From Promethearchaeota archaeon (GTDB lineage: Archaea > Asgardarchaeota > Heimdallarchaeia > Hodarchaeales > Hodarchaeaceae), in assembly GCA_048938105.1 (NCBI GenBank), contig JBHLMN010000002.1, positions 346,214 to 410,213 on the forward strand: a stretch of DNA of 64,000 nt, in the 5' to 3' direction. The notes below the pieces were generated by a model. That model saw only the letters and a program-made list of their open reading frames with translations, did not search any database and was not told the DNA's origin. Positions 30,519 to 40,293 of this stretch are shown piece after piece. Numbering within the stretch: the stretch's first letter is position 1; each line of letters begins with the position of its first letter. The position numbers were made by a program, and so were the translations under genes.

Positions 30519-31540
30519 AGAACTTTTTCCAACATGGCAGGAATTGACCGTTCGTCGGGTGTCATTAAATATAGCTTGATATTAGGTAATTTTCTAAGTT
30601 TTCCTATGATGGGAGTAGTGAGTTGAAGTGTTTGGCGTCGTGGAGTAAGTATAATTCGAACATCCTCTATTCGGCTAAGAATGGGTAGAAAATCCATCCC
30701 ACTAGTGGCAAGAAGATCGGAAATAATAATAAGTGTTTTTTTACGTCCAATTTGATGAGAAAATTCTTTATTTGCTGCGAGTAATGCTGAAAAGATATCT
30801 GTTTTTCCCCCAGAACGAATATTGACTAATTTGGTAATAATATCCTGTGTGGTCATTTGTGAGTCAATGAATCTTTTAAAAACTTCTGGTTGGGTATCAA
30901 ATCCAATCAAGGATATTTCTTTTATATTGAGCGTTAAGCTAAACAAAATAGATGTGAGAATAATCAGTTTGAGATAAGATAATACTGAATGACTCTTATC
31001 GATTAGTAATACTACATATTTTTGTTTCCAAATTCTTTTATTACAAATAACATGATTATACGTAAAATAAGAGTCCCCTGAAAGAAGGAAATTTACAATC
31101 GTTTTTTCTAGATCCCATGTTCTACCAGGAATATAGGGTATTTTTATAGGGTATCTTGAACGATCAATTGCATGAAAAATTCTCTTTGCATGCTTAAATA
31201 ACTTAGGAATAAGCTTTTGTAAGAGAATCTGCTTTTCCTTAGGTGAAAAGTGCTCTTTAATTTGAAAAAATAAAGAATTGGACTCTAAAATGAAGTTAAA
31301 ATTGGTAGAATCAATTTGCAATACTTCTGCGACAGTTCGTGGATAATTTTCAGCTAAAATTTCAATGACTCGGATGTTTTGTGTTTCTAAAGCTTGTTGT
31401 GTAAATTCCAAAGCAGTTTCAATATTTAATTTGTTTTGTAATTGATACTCATAGAGTTTTTCAAGTAAATAGGTAGGAGGTTCTGTATCATGAATGGTTC
31501 GCGAACGAGAAGCGGGAGCAATGTCCCGCCTTAAGATTTT
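30509..31540 (-). CDS. VWA (MIDAS) domain protein; frame open for 43 codons upstream of the TTG at 31411, probably translated as a -1 frameshift extension of the AAA gene
   Basis: LLIDKSHSV (DxSxS), GKTDI, IISDL; no stop and no ATG/GTG/TTG in frame between 31567 and 31412. Confidence 0.85.
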   Translation of the reverse strand, partial: KILRRDIAPASRSRTIHDTEPPTYLLEKLYEYQLQNKLNIETALEFTQQALETQNIRVIEILAENYPRTVAEVLQIDSTNFNFILESNSLFFQIKEHFSPKEKQILLQKLIPKLFKHAKRIFHAIDRSRYPIKIPYIPGRTWDLEKTIVNFLLSGDSYFTYNHVICNKRIWKQKYVVLLIDKSHSVLSYLKLIILTSILFSLTLNIKEISLIGFDTQPEVFKRFIDSQMTTQDIITKLVNIRSGGKTDIFSALLAANKEFSHQIGRKKTLIIISDLLATSGMDFLPILSRIEDVRIILTPRRQTLQLTTPIIGKLRKLPNIKLYLMTPDERSIPAMLEKVLYD

Positions 31541-31546
31541 TTTGGG
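31510..31546 (-). other. Candidate -1 programmed ribosomal frameshift cassette
   Basis: mRNA: UCC CCA AAA AAA UCU UAA; slippery C CCA AAA (31546-31540) and A AAA AAA (31543-31537); stem AGGCGGGA/UCCCGCUU (31531-31510) with loop CAUUGC. Confidence 0.7.
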
Positions 31547-32376
31547 GAAAAAATTGGTTCTGCGATTTCAAAAAGGCATTCTTCAACTGTTTTATTAATA
31601 TCTGGATGTAATTTGACTTTACCTGAATAAACTGCATAAATAGCAGGAAAAACAACATCTGGAGTTGTTGGTCTATTTTTCAGGAGTTGAGTAAGCTGAA
31701 TTGCGGCCCTTACACTTGCTCCTGCTTCGAAATTCGTGGATGATCGTGTTTGATCAGTAAAAAGGACAATTTTCGCTATGAGATCGTCATCAGTGTATTT
31801 TGTCCTTAGTTGAACGATCCTTTTTGCTTCATCCCCAGATTTGTGTTCTAAGCGAATTAAAATACATCTGTCAAAAAATGCTTCTGGTAATGGATTGGTT
31901 CCTATATATTCAGCAGGATTTCTAGCGAAAATTGAGTAAAATTCATCTTTTGCTTGAATTTGTCCAAGCTGGGGAATTTCAATTTTACGTTCATCCAAGG
32001 CTGCTAGAACTCCATTTATAGATTCACTCGGAGCACGATTAACTTCATTAAAGAAAAATAATCCTCCTTTTTGCATAGCATTTACCAATGGACCAGGGAT
32101 GAAACTTTCTTCGCCAAAACCTGTTTTCATGACCAAAGGTGGATCAAACCATCCCCTGAGATGAGTGATTGTGAGGTTCTCGTCACCATCAACTCGATAA
32201 AAAGGTTGTCCGAGAGCCATTGCAATTGTTTTTACTAATTCAGTCTTACCAACACCCGACTCTCCCTCAATAACAGTAGCAATTTGGCTATTAATTGCAG
32301 CAAGGATTAGCTGAATTTCTTCGTCGAGACCGATTAGATTCTCCTGACATTTTCTAAGAATAACTTTGGAATTCAT
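31531..32376 (-). CDS. MoxR/CoxD-like AAA+ ATPase
   Basis: Walker A GESGVGKT, Walker B variant FFFNEVNR, ARNP sensor region, LPEAFFDR arginine finger. Confidence 0.9.
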   Translation of the reverse strand: MNSKVILRKCQENLIGLDEEIQLILAAINSQIATVIEGESGVGKTELVKTIAMALGQPFYRVDGDENLTITHLRGWFDPPLVMKTGFGEESFIPGPLVNAMQKGGLFFFNEVNRAPSESINGVLAALDERKIEIPQLGQIQAKDEFYSIFARNPAEYIGTNPLPEAFFDRCILIRLEHKSGDEAKRIVQLRTKYTDDDLIAKIVLFTDQTRSSTNFEAGASVRAAIQLTQLLKNRPTTPDVVFPAIYAVYSGKVKLHPDINKTVEECLFEIAEPIFSPKKS

Positions 32377-32409
32377 TTTATAATCCCAAATAGAAGAATG
32401 GACTGTTTG

Positions 32410-34362
32410 TTAGTCAAGTTCTAGGATTGCTTTTTTCAGTTTAACCTGACCATCTTCTTCATTGAAGCTAACCCACCCTTCCGATTCAAGCTCCTTTAAT
32501 AAGCGTGTTGCAAAGATATTTTGAATAGCAACAGTTTTGGCAAGCTCTGTTAAATTTGCCTCTTGAATGTCCTGTAAAACAAATAATATGGCAAATTTAG
32601 GGTTTTTTGCAAGATTAATTCTTAATGTTTCGACTGCGGTCTTTAAATTAGCTGATTTTTCTTCCAGTTGTTGTTTTTCGGCAGATAGAGTTGAGATTGC
32701 AGATTCTTTTTCTTTTAATTCAGCTTTAATCTCTTTTAACTTCTTCTCGCTTTGTTCCCTCTCTATTTTTACGTCAATAAGCTGTGTTTGAAGATCTTTT
32801 ATCTTGTTTTCATATTTATCGCGTTCACGTGCGATCTCAGCTTGTTTGGAACGAGAAGCATCGGCTTGTTGCGCAATTTCTTTTTGTCTTTGTCTTAAAA
32901 TTTCCAAATCTTTTTGTTTCCCTTCTAACTCGCGGTCTTTTGTACTGAGTTGAGTTTTAAGGTCTACTAGCGATGTCTTTTGCTTTTCATGCTCAATTCT
33001 TAAATTTGTAAGAGCCTCTCGTAGTTCATTTCGATCAAATTCAATTGTTTGGATACGTTCGTCTTTTCCTTTTAGATCTATTTCTAAATCTTTAAGTCGA
33101 GCCTCTAATGATCGGTTAGAGCTTTGAAGGTCGTCAATGAGGTCTTGAGCACTGTCTAGTCTTTCTTGGATCTCCTCTACTTCTGATGTTTTTTCGCCCA
33201 AATCATGTTTTTGAGTAGTAATTTCTAAGGTTAGCATTTCAAAATTTTGTTTTACTTGTTTATATTCCTCTTTTAGCCTAATTAGCTGTTCTGAAAGTTT
33301 TTCAACTTCTTTCTCACTCATCTCTACCCTAAGATGTAGTTCTCTATTCTCATCTTCTTTCTGATCAAGAATTTGTCGTGTTTCTTCCAATTTACTACGA
33401 ATAGCCACTGCTTCTTGACTTGTTTCGCCTGAATCTAGTAATAAATCTTCATTTTCTTGTTCCAACTTTGAAATCTGTTCTTTAAGCTGTTTTTCGTTTT
33501 CCTCTATAACCTGTATCTTTTGGTCTACTTGTTTGATATAATCTTCTTTTGACTGGAGTTTTTGATTCAACATTGCCTCTTGTTTCTGAATTTCATTTTG
33601 AAGAGTTTCAACTGCTTTTTTTAGTTTTACATTCTCCTCGGAATGAGTGCTTAGTACTTTAACCTCTGATTTCAAGTTTTCAATTTCAATATTGTTTTTA
33701 GAAGTTATATTCTCAATTTCTTGATCTTTATTCCCAATAACCTCTTGGAGTTGCTCTATTTCGAGTCGTGCGGACATTAATGCATTACCAACAGTTTCAA
33801 ATTCACTTTCCATCTTTTCACGGTCTTGAATAGCCTTTTTCAATTCACGTTGAGCTTCATCAAGCGATTCTTGGAGTCTGTTCAAATCTTCGATTTGTGA
33901 TGAAACCTTTCCTGAGTCAATTCCAGATTGGTTTCTCAATTGAGCAATTTCTGTTTCCTTTTCATCAAGTAGAATATGAAGATCGTCAATTTTCATTTCT
34001 AAGGCATTAATTTCTGATATTTTCTCTTTCAACTCCTGATTTTCTTCCTTGAGTCTTTCAAATTCCTCATTAGAGATAAATGTGGTCTCTGAATCAATAT
34101 CGGAGCCAACTAAATCTAGATTGTCTATTCCTCTCAATCCTATTTTCGAAAATTCCGTGTGGGCTGATTTGTTAATTGATTGCATATGCATTTTGAGCTT
34201 TTCAACCAGATCCTCTACATCTCCAATTGAATAATAAGACTTGGGCTGTTGTTGTAGATTTTTAATTACAGATTTAGCTTCGGATGATATCCTTTGATCT
34301 AGGCGTCGTTCTTGTTCTGCAATACTTTTAATAAAGAGCAATTTGGGATTTTTGCGTTCCAA
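32410..34362 (-). CDS. Long coiled-coil protein with C-terminal winged helix
   Basis: About 500 aa of heptad-rich E/K/Q/L sequence; tail NLTELAKTVAIQ...LLKELESEGWV. Confidence 0.8.
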   Translation of the reverse strand: MERKNPKLLFIKSIAEQERRLDQRISSEAKSVIKNLQQQPKSYYSIGDVEDLVEKLKMHMQSINKSAHTEFSKIGLRGIDNLDLVGSDIDSETTFISNEEFERLKEENQELKEKISEINALEMKIDDLHILLDEKETEIAQLRNQSGIDSGKVSSQIEDLNRLQESLDEAQRELKKAIQDREKMESEFETVGNALMSARLEIEQLQEVIGNKDQEIENITSKNNIEIENLKSEVKVLSTHSEENVKLKKAVETLQNEIQKQEAMLNQKLQSKEDYIKQVDQKIQVIEENEKQLKEQISKLEQENEDLLLDSGETSQEAVAIRSKLEETRQILDQKEDENRELHLRVEMSEKEVEKLSEQLIRLKEEYKQVKQNFEMLTLEITTQKHDLGEKTSEVEEIQERLDSAQDLIDDLQSSNRSLEARLKDLEIDLKGKDERIQTIEFDRNELREALTNLRIEHEKQKTSLVDLKTQLSTKDRELEGKQKDLEILRQRQKEIAQQADASRSKQAEIARERDKYENKIKDLQTQLIDVKIEREQSEKKLKEIKAELKEKESAISTLSAEKQQLEEKSANLKTAVETLRINLAKNPKFAILFVLQDIQEANLTELAKTVAIQNIFATRLLKELESEGWVSFNEEDGQVKLKKAILELD

Positions 34363-34488
34363 AATTCAATACCTTCTTTAATAATCAGAAGAGTTCCAAA
34401 TAATTTGCAATAATATATCTTTTGGCTGATTTCAACTATTATATAGTCAGTAGAATTCTTGAAGTAAATTCTGAATTGAATTTAGTAA

Positions 34489-35094
34489 TTATTCAACGTC
34501 TGTTTCTGTATCTTCATCAGTTTTTGAGGGTGTCAAATTCTCCTTCAATGATTTTAGCTCTTGTTCAAAATCTCTGTAACGACCTTGATATAAATTGGCT
34601 AATGCTAAATCTAAGTGTGAAGTCTTACTCTCAGGTTCATAACCGAGAATGCTTAGTAGTTTAAAATTGATTTGCTGAAAGTCTTTTAATAAATGTGGGA
34701 GGCGTTCTAAGTCCTTATTAACAGCATCAAACATCTTTAAGGCACTTATTTCACAGGTAGTGAGATTCTGAGTAAAAGATTCAACTTGAGGTTGAAGAAC
34801 CACTCTTAATCGATAACGAATCTCATCTTTACTAATTGTAGTTTCTTGTGCTAGTATCTCCGCCCATTCAAGAATGGTCTCAAAATTCCTTAATCCATTC
34901 TTCTCTAGTTTTATCCAGTTTAAAACTGTCTCCAATGCATCTTCAACAGTAGCTAGCTGTTTATACAGCTCATCACGATTATGTAAAGATTGATTCTTAA
35001 GCAGATCCAATGATTGGTGTAAATCTGCTAAATAATCTTGATAAATTTTTTCTTTTTGCTCATCTGGGGCAGTCATTTTCATCTCTTCTCTCAT
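34489..35094 (-). CDS. Hypothetical alpha-helical protein
   Basis: 201-aa ORF, co-oriented with neighbours; no recognisable motif. Confidence 0.65.
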   Translation of the reverse strand: MREEMKMTAPDEQKEKIYQDYLADLHQSLDLLKNQSLHNRDELYKQLATVEDALETVLNWIKLEKNGLRNFETILEWAEILAQETTISKDEIRYRLRVVLQPQVESFTQNLTTCEISALKMFDAVNKDLERLPHLLKDFQQINFKLLSILGYEPESKTSHLDLALANLYQGRYRDFEQELKSLKENLTPSKTDEDTETDVE

Positions 35095-35228
35095 AGGATG
35101 GTTAAGAAGTGGGATAGAGGGAAGTTATTCTTTTCTAGAGTTAATACAGAGCTAGTAGTTTTAAAGGTATTCGTAAAGGGCCACCTCAAAACAAAAAAAT
35201 TTTGTCAAATCAAGAAATTGATTTCCTC

Positions 35229-37613
35229 CTAGAGAATTTTAGCCAAGATCAGTGGAACCTGACCTATTGCAACTCCTCCATCACCACAGGGTATCTTTTT
35301 ATGCATAATCGAGAAATTAGAATTACCATATTTGGAAATATACTTGTAAAATTCAGTAAAAATCACACGATTATAACAAACTCCTCCTGACATCCCAATT
35401 TTCGTAATCCCATGTTTATCAGCAAGATCCAAGGCAACCTCCGCAAACTTTCTAGCAATGGCTTTTTCTGCTAACAATGCCAATTTATTACGATTTTCTT
35501 TTCGTTGGATTCGCTCCCACAGGTTGTAAATGAGGGATGAGGTTTGAATTTCAACAACGCCATTTGTTGTGAGCTTTTCAGTTAATTCAAACTCGAAATC
35601 AATTGGTTTTCCTATTGCTTTTTCAGCAAAGGATTCTAGTTTAATTGCAGGTTCCCCTTCATAAGTTCGGTTCTTTGCTGCACCTAAGAGAACACTGACG
35701 GCATCTAGTAGCCGTCCGCAGCTCGATGTCATATTAACACCAGCAGAAGATTTATGAATTAAGATTTTTTCTAGCTGTTGAGCTACAATAGAATAATCAA
35801 ATGATTTGGGGATCCATGATAACCAGGGGTTCTTTTGAAATCCTTTAGTTACTTCTTGAAACGAATAATTCGAAAGAAGAATACCTAGAAGAACTCTATA
35901 TGGATGGGACACAGCTTGGTCTCCACCTAGAAGAATTTGGTTTTCTAAGTGGGCTATCCGCTCATATTCCGAATAATTACCTAATAGTATTTCTCCTCCC
36001 CAAATTCTACCATCTTCACCATACCCAGTTCCGTCTATAGCTGCACAAATTATCTTTTCTTCAGGATCGATTTTAGCATCTAAGGCCAAAGCACCTAAAT
36101 GCGCAAAATGGTGTTGAAATTGGTAAAAAGGGATATTTAGTTCCGATGAGAGTTGTTGGCCTAATTTTGAAGTAAAGAATTGCGGATGAAGGTCACCACC
36201 AATGGCCTCAAGTGATTTAACCCCTAATAATTCTTTCATATGGTCTATAGTCGCTTTAAAAAAGTCTAGGTTTTCGATTGTGGTCATATGACCAATGTGT
36301 TGGGTTGGAAAACACCGAATCCCAATTCCTAAAACTCCTACATTATACATCTCTGCTCCGAGTGCAAGAACTATACGACCATTAGAAGACCATGGTAATT
36401 GGATAGGTTCAGGAACATAACCCCTGCTTCTCCGTATAAGCAATGGGTGTTCTGATTCGTTAAACATATGAAGTCGCATAATACTGTCATCAGCTCGTTG
36501 ATATATCTCCCTATCATGTAAAAGAAGATAATCTGCAACTGATGCAAGCTGATGTTGAATATTATCATTATCTATTAGGATTGGGATGTTACTAGGATTA
36601 CCTGAAGTCATGATGAGAGCAGGATCGATAATATTTTCCAAAATTAAAAAGTGAATACCTGCATATGGTAATAAAACACCAATGTTATGTAAACCAGGTG
36701 AAATGAAAGACGAAAGAGGGAATTCCTGTTTCTTTTCAAGTAGTAGAATGGGACGCATGAGAGATTGAAGTAATTTTGCCTCAGTAGGGGTATAATCGGC
36801 AAAACTCTGTACTCTATATAGATCAGGTGACATAACAGCAAAAGGTTTATCCCCACGTGCGCCTTTCCACCTCCTCAATTTTAGAATAGGATCGTCCATT
36901 GTAGTATAACTAGCAAGATGGGTACCACCTATCCCCTTTATTGCAAGAATTTTCCCTTCATCTAATATTTTAACAACATCAAGCCAATCGTTTCGAAATT
37001 CATCTTTATTTAAGACAATGTCACCAGATTTGTCTGCTAGATAATACTTTGGCCCGCAATTCCAACAACAAGTCGTTTGAGCGTGAAATCTTCGGTCGAT
37101 AGGATTAGTATATTCATCTAAGCATTCGGGACATAATGGAAATTTATCCATAACTGTTCGTGATCTATCATAAGGAAGTGAAGTAATAACTGTGTAACGA
37201 GGCCCACAATCGACACAAGAAGTAAATGGGTAATTTATACGTCGAGAATCAAATTTCATATCAGAGAGGCACTTATTACAAATAGGAAGATCAGGAGGGA
37301 TGTAAGAACCCTCAACACTGCGTGTTAGTGAGCTGGGAGCGATTTGAAATGAATCATATTGAGCAAGGTTTACGTTTGGAGGATTATAAGCGATTTTGAA
37401 GGTTTCATAACGCGCAAGAGCTGGTTTATGATTTTTCAGAGTTTTAATAAAAGCTTCAATTTGTTTTTTATTCCCTTTGACTTGAATTTCAACACCAGCG
37501 TCCCCTCGATTTTGTACAAAGCCCTTCATTTCATGTTTATGTGCAATATTATAAACGAATGGACGAAAACCAATTCCTTGAACCACACCATTAATCATTA
37601 TTCGGCAGAACAC
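35229..37613 (-). CDS. hypF: Hydrogenase maturation carbamoyltransferase HypF
   Basis: GVVQGIGFRPF acylphosphatase, two CxxC zinc fingers, KGIGG, DLHP, QHH.AH, DGTGYG, GDGG. Confidence 0.96.
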   Translation of the reverse strand: MFCRIMINGVVQGIGFRPFVYNIAHKHEMKGFVQNRGDAGVEIQVKGNKKQIEAFIKTLKNHKPALARYETFKIAYNPPNVNLAQYDSFQIAPSSLTRSVEGSYIPPDLPICNKCLSDMKFDSRRINYPFTSCVDCGPRYTVITSLPYDRSRTVMDKFPLCPECLDEYTNPIDRRFHAQTTCCWNCGPKYYLADKSGDIVLNKDEFRNDWLDVVKILDEGKILAIKGIGGTHLASYTTMDDPILKLRRWKGARGDKPFAVMSPDLYRVQSFADYTPTEAKLLQSLMRPILLLEKKQEFPLSSFISPGLHNIGVLLPYAGIHFLILENIIDPALIMTSGNPSNIPILIDNDNIQHQLASVADYLLLHDREIYQRADDSIMRLHMFNESEHPLLIRRSRGYVPEPIQLPWSSNGRIVLALGAEMYNVGVLGIGIRCFPTQHIGHMTTIENLDFFKATIDHMKELLGVKSLEAIGGDLHPQFFTSKLGQQLSSELNIPFYQFQHHFAHLGALALDAKIDPEEKIICAAIDGTGYGEDGRIWGGEILLGNYSEYERIAHLENQILLGGDQAVSHPYRVLLGILLSNYSFQEVTKGFQKNPWLSWIPKSFDYSIVAQQLEKILIHKSSAGVNMTSSCGRLLDAVSVLLGAAKNRTYEGEPAIKLESFAEKAIGKPIDFEFELTEKLTTNGVVEIQTSSLIYNLWERIQRKENRNKLALLAEKAIARKFAEVALDLADKHGITKIGMSGGVCYNRVIFTEFYKYISKYGNSNFSIMHKKIPCGDGGVAIGQVPLILAKIL

Positions 37614-37935
37614 TGATTTCCCACTTGTATCAGCGAAATTAATACCTATTCTTATGTTTAACTGACTTAATTTCTATATAGGAAGGATATCTCATAATGC
37701 AGGAGGAAAGAAACATAAAGAATGTAAATTCTCTCTTTCTTCCTTTTATAAGAAATAATACATGGATATAGGGAAGATGATTATAACGCAGTACTAAATG
37801 TTTCTTAATTACACTTCAAAAGTAAGCCTTTGTATGCAAACAGACATCAATTAGATGAAGTATTCATCTTGCAGCTGAAATATAAACGCGACAACTTCAA
37901 ATAAGAAAGAAAGTTGACCAATGTTAATTTCTAAA

Positions 37936-37964
37936 AGGGGACTGACTGAGTTTATGAGTCCCTT
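37936..37964 (+). promoter_or_regulatory. Imperfect hairpin about 90 nt upstream of the FadF/HdrD-like gene
   Basis: AGGGGACT...AGTCCCTT. Confidence 0.3.
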
Positions 37965-38051
37965 AAATCGTAATCTGACATAAAATAGTATCTTAGGACG
38001 AATCTGTCGAATTATAATTTAAAAATATCAAATAATCTTGTAAATCCCGTA

Positions 38052-40196
38052 TTGGTGGACTTAATGATTCAAGAAGTACTTTCCATTCTTCAAGAACCAG
38101 GGAGAGAAGCTTATTGGCCCCGTCATATAGAATTGTACGGACACCAACTTGGTTTCTTAATCTATATCAGTGCAGCAATCGCTGTTCTAATAGTCTTAAT
38201 TGGTATATATCGCGGAATGCGTGTTTGGTTCCAAGGAAAATATGATAAGGAAGGTCAAAAGTTCATCCCATTTTTCATAAGTCTTGTCCTTACAGTTTTT
38301 AAGAACATTTTCTCACAATCATTTCTTAAAAGATTGTATTACGGTATTGGAATGGGGATTACTAAACGTGAGACGAGGCAATGGTATAGTTTTATTACCC
38401 ACGGGATGATTATGCTAGGTTTCCTAGGAGCTGCAATTGCGACTATAATCTCTACTATCCATGAGTGGATTTTGCATGAGGAACTTCTGGTTGGTTCTCT
38501 ATATATAGCACATTCACTTTTTGCCGATTTAGCGGGATTACTTTTATTCTTGGGAACTGTCTTGGCATTGATAAAACGATACGTTATGGAACGTAATTAT
38601 TACACACGAGCAGGTTATGAGGATCTTTTTCTGTTATTGTTGCTTCTTTGGGTTAGTATTTCAGGCTTCTTTATGGAAGCAACTCGTATTGTATATGGTT
38701 TTGTAAATCAAGCTGAAATTGGTTTTGAGAGAGTTTCATTTATTGGATATCCACTCGCATTAATTCTCCAAACCCTATCACCTACTAATGGGCAAATATT
38801 TGCCTTGCACCTTTCTTTCTATCTTTCACATCTAGCTGTAGCGTTCATTGGCGCAGCGTATCTAACATATGGTAAATTCTTCCATATTGGAGTAGGTCTT
38901 GCTAATATCGTTCTTACAGACATGAAGTCACCAGCGGGACAGTTACAATTCGACCCTGAAGGCATTAAATCAATAGAAGATTTTACATTTTTTCAATTGT
39001 TTGAAACGTCAGCTTGCATGAAGTGCCATTTTTGTCATAATTATTGTCCTGCTCAGGATTCAGGTGAACCATTGTCTCCGTTAAAAATCATTCAAGACAT
39101 AAAAAATTGGGGTAGGAAACAATATGGTTTAATCAATTCTAATAAAAATGTTCCCATTATCGGTGATGGATCAGGAATTACTGCAGATGTCTTGTGGGCT
39201 TGTGTTACTTGTTATGCCTGCACAAATGCGTGTCCTCATCTCATTGGACACGTTAATATGATTGTTGGGATGCGTGCTACTTTGATTGAGGAGGGTGAAA
39301 TACCTGCAACATTTACTACAATGCTCGAAAGTGCTTATAATTATGGTAATATCTGGGATCAACCAAAACGTGACCGAGTGAAATGGTTAAAAGAAGGAAC
39401 GTTACCCAGTATAAAAGAGTCAGAATCAAAGTTACTTTGGCTTCCTGGAGATACTCTAGCTTACGATCCAAGAAATCAAAAGGTCGCTCGAGCAACTTAT
39501 GAGGTGTTTTCCAAAGCAGGTCTTGATTTTGGGACACTTGGTGAAACAGAGAAAAACGATGGTAATGAAATGAGACGATTAGGTGAGGAAGCATTATTCC
39601 AAATGCTTGCTGAGGATAACATCAGTATGTTCAAGAAAAATAAGGTTAAAAAAATTGTTACATCCTCACCTCATACCTATAATGCCATTAGAAATGAGTA
39701 TCCAGAGTATGGAGGAGAATTTGAAGTTATCCATTACACAGAACTATTGGTTGAGCTTATTGAAAAGGGGAAGATAAAGTTCACTAATAAATTAAATTAT
39801 GAAGTAACATATCACGATCCCTGTTATCTTGGCAGGTATAATGATATTTATGATGCCCCTCGTAAGATAATAGAACTCCTTCCAGGTGTAGAAATGAAAG
39901 AGATGCCAAATCATGGTCAATTCAGTTACTGCTGCGGAGGAGGTGGCGGTGGTATGTTTCGTGAGACTCCAGAGTGGGTGACTACACGTATCTCTGAACA
40001 CCGAGTATTAGAAGCTAAAGAAACATTAGACTCATTTTCAAGGGGTAAAAAAGATGATAAAGCCAAACAAAAGATTCTAATAACAGCTTGCCCTTTTTGT
40101 ACAAGTATGTTAACCGATGCTTCAAAAACTCAGCAATTAGAAGGGGATATTGAAATTAAAGATTTAATAGAATTAGTTCTCGAAGCTATAGAATAA
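38052..40196 (+). CDS. Membrane-bound Fe-S oxidoreductase (NarI-like cytochrome b + 2x[4Fe-4S] + CCG domains; FadF/HdrED-like)
   Basis: TM helices with His, GKFFH, CMKCHFC...CP, CVTCYAC...CP, YHDPCYLGR, CCGGGGG, ACPFC. Confidence 0.88.
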   Translation: MVDLMIQEVLSILQEPGREAYWPRHIELYGHQLGFLIYISAAIAVLIVLIGIYRGMRVWFQGKYDKEGQKFIPFFISLVLTVFKNIFSQSFLKRLYYGIGMGITKRETRQWYSFITHGMIMLGFLGAAIATIISTIHEWILHEELLVGSLYIAHSLFADLAGLLLFLGTVLALIKRYVMERNYYTRAGYEDLFLLLLLLWVSISGFFMEATRIVYGFVNQAEIGFERVSFIGYPLALILQTLSPTNGQIFALHLSFYLSHLAVAFIGAAYLTYGKFFHIGVGLANIVLTDMKSPAGQLQFDPEGIKSIEDFTFFQLFETSACMKCHFCHNYCPAQDSGEPLSPLKIIQDIKNWGRKQYGLINSNKNVPIIGDGSGITADVLWACVTCYACTNACPHLIGHVNMIVGMRATLIEEGEIPATFTTMLESAYNYGNIWDQPKRDRVKWLKEGTLPSIKESESKLLWLPGDTLAYDPRNQKVARATYEVFSKAGLDFGTLGETEKNDGNEMRRLGEEALFQMLAEDNISMFKKNKVKKIVTSSPHTYNAIRNEYPEYGGEFEVIHYTELLVELIEKGKIKFTNKLNYEVTYHDPCYLGRYNDIYDAPRKIIELLPGVEMKEMPNHGQFSYCCGGGGGGMFRETPEWVTTRISEHRVLEAKETLDSFSRGKKDDKAKQKILITACPFCTSMLTDASKTQQLEGDIEIKDLIELVLEAIE

Positions 40197-40293
40197 TAAA
40201 AGCTCCAATAGGTTATTTTTGATTTCAAAAAGAAAAATTAAACAAAATCAAGATTAATAGAAAAAAAAAGGTATAGAAAAGGAAAGAAGGACT

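Noticed and set aside
32410-34362. SMC/Rad50 call for the long coiled-coil protein
   Set aside because: No Walker A/B, ABC signature, hinge or zinc hook.
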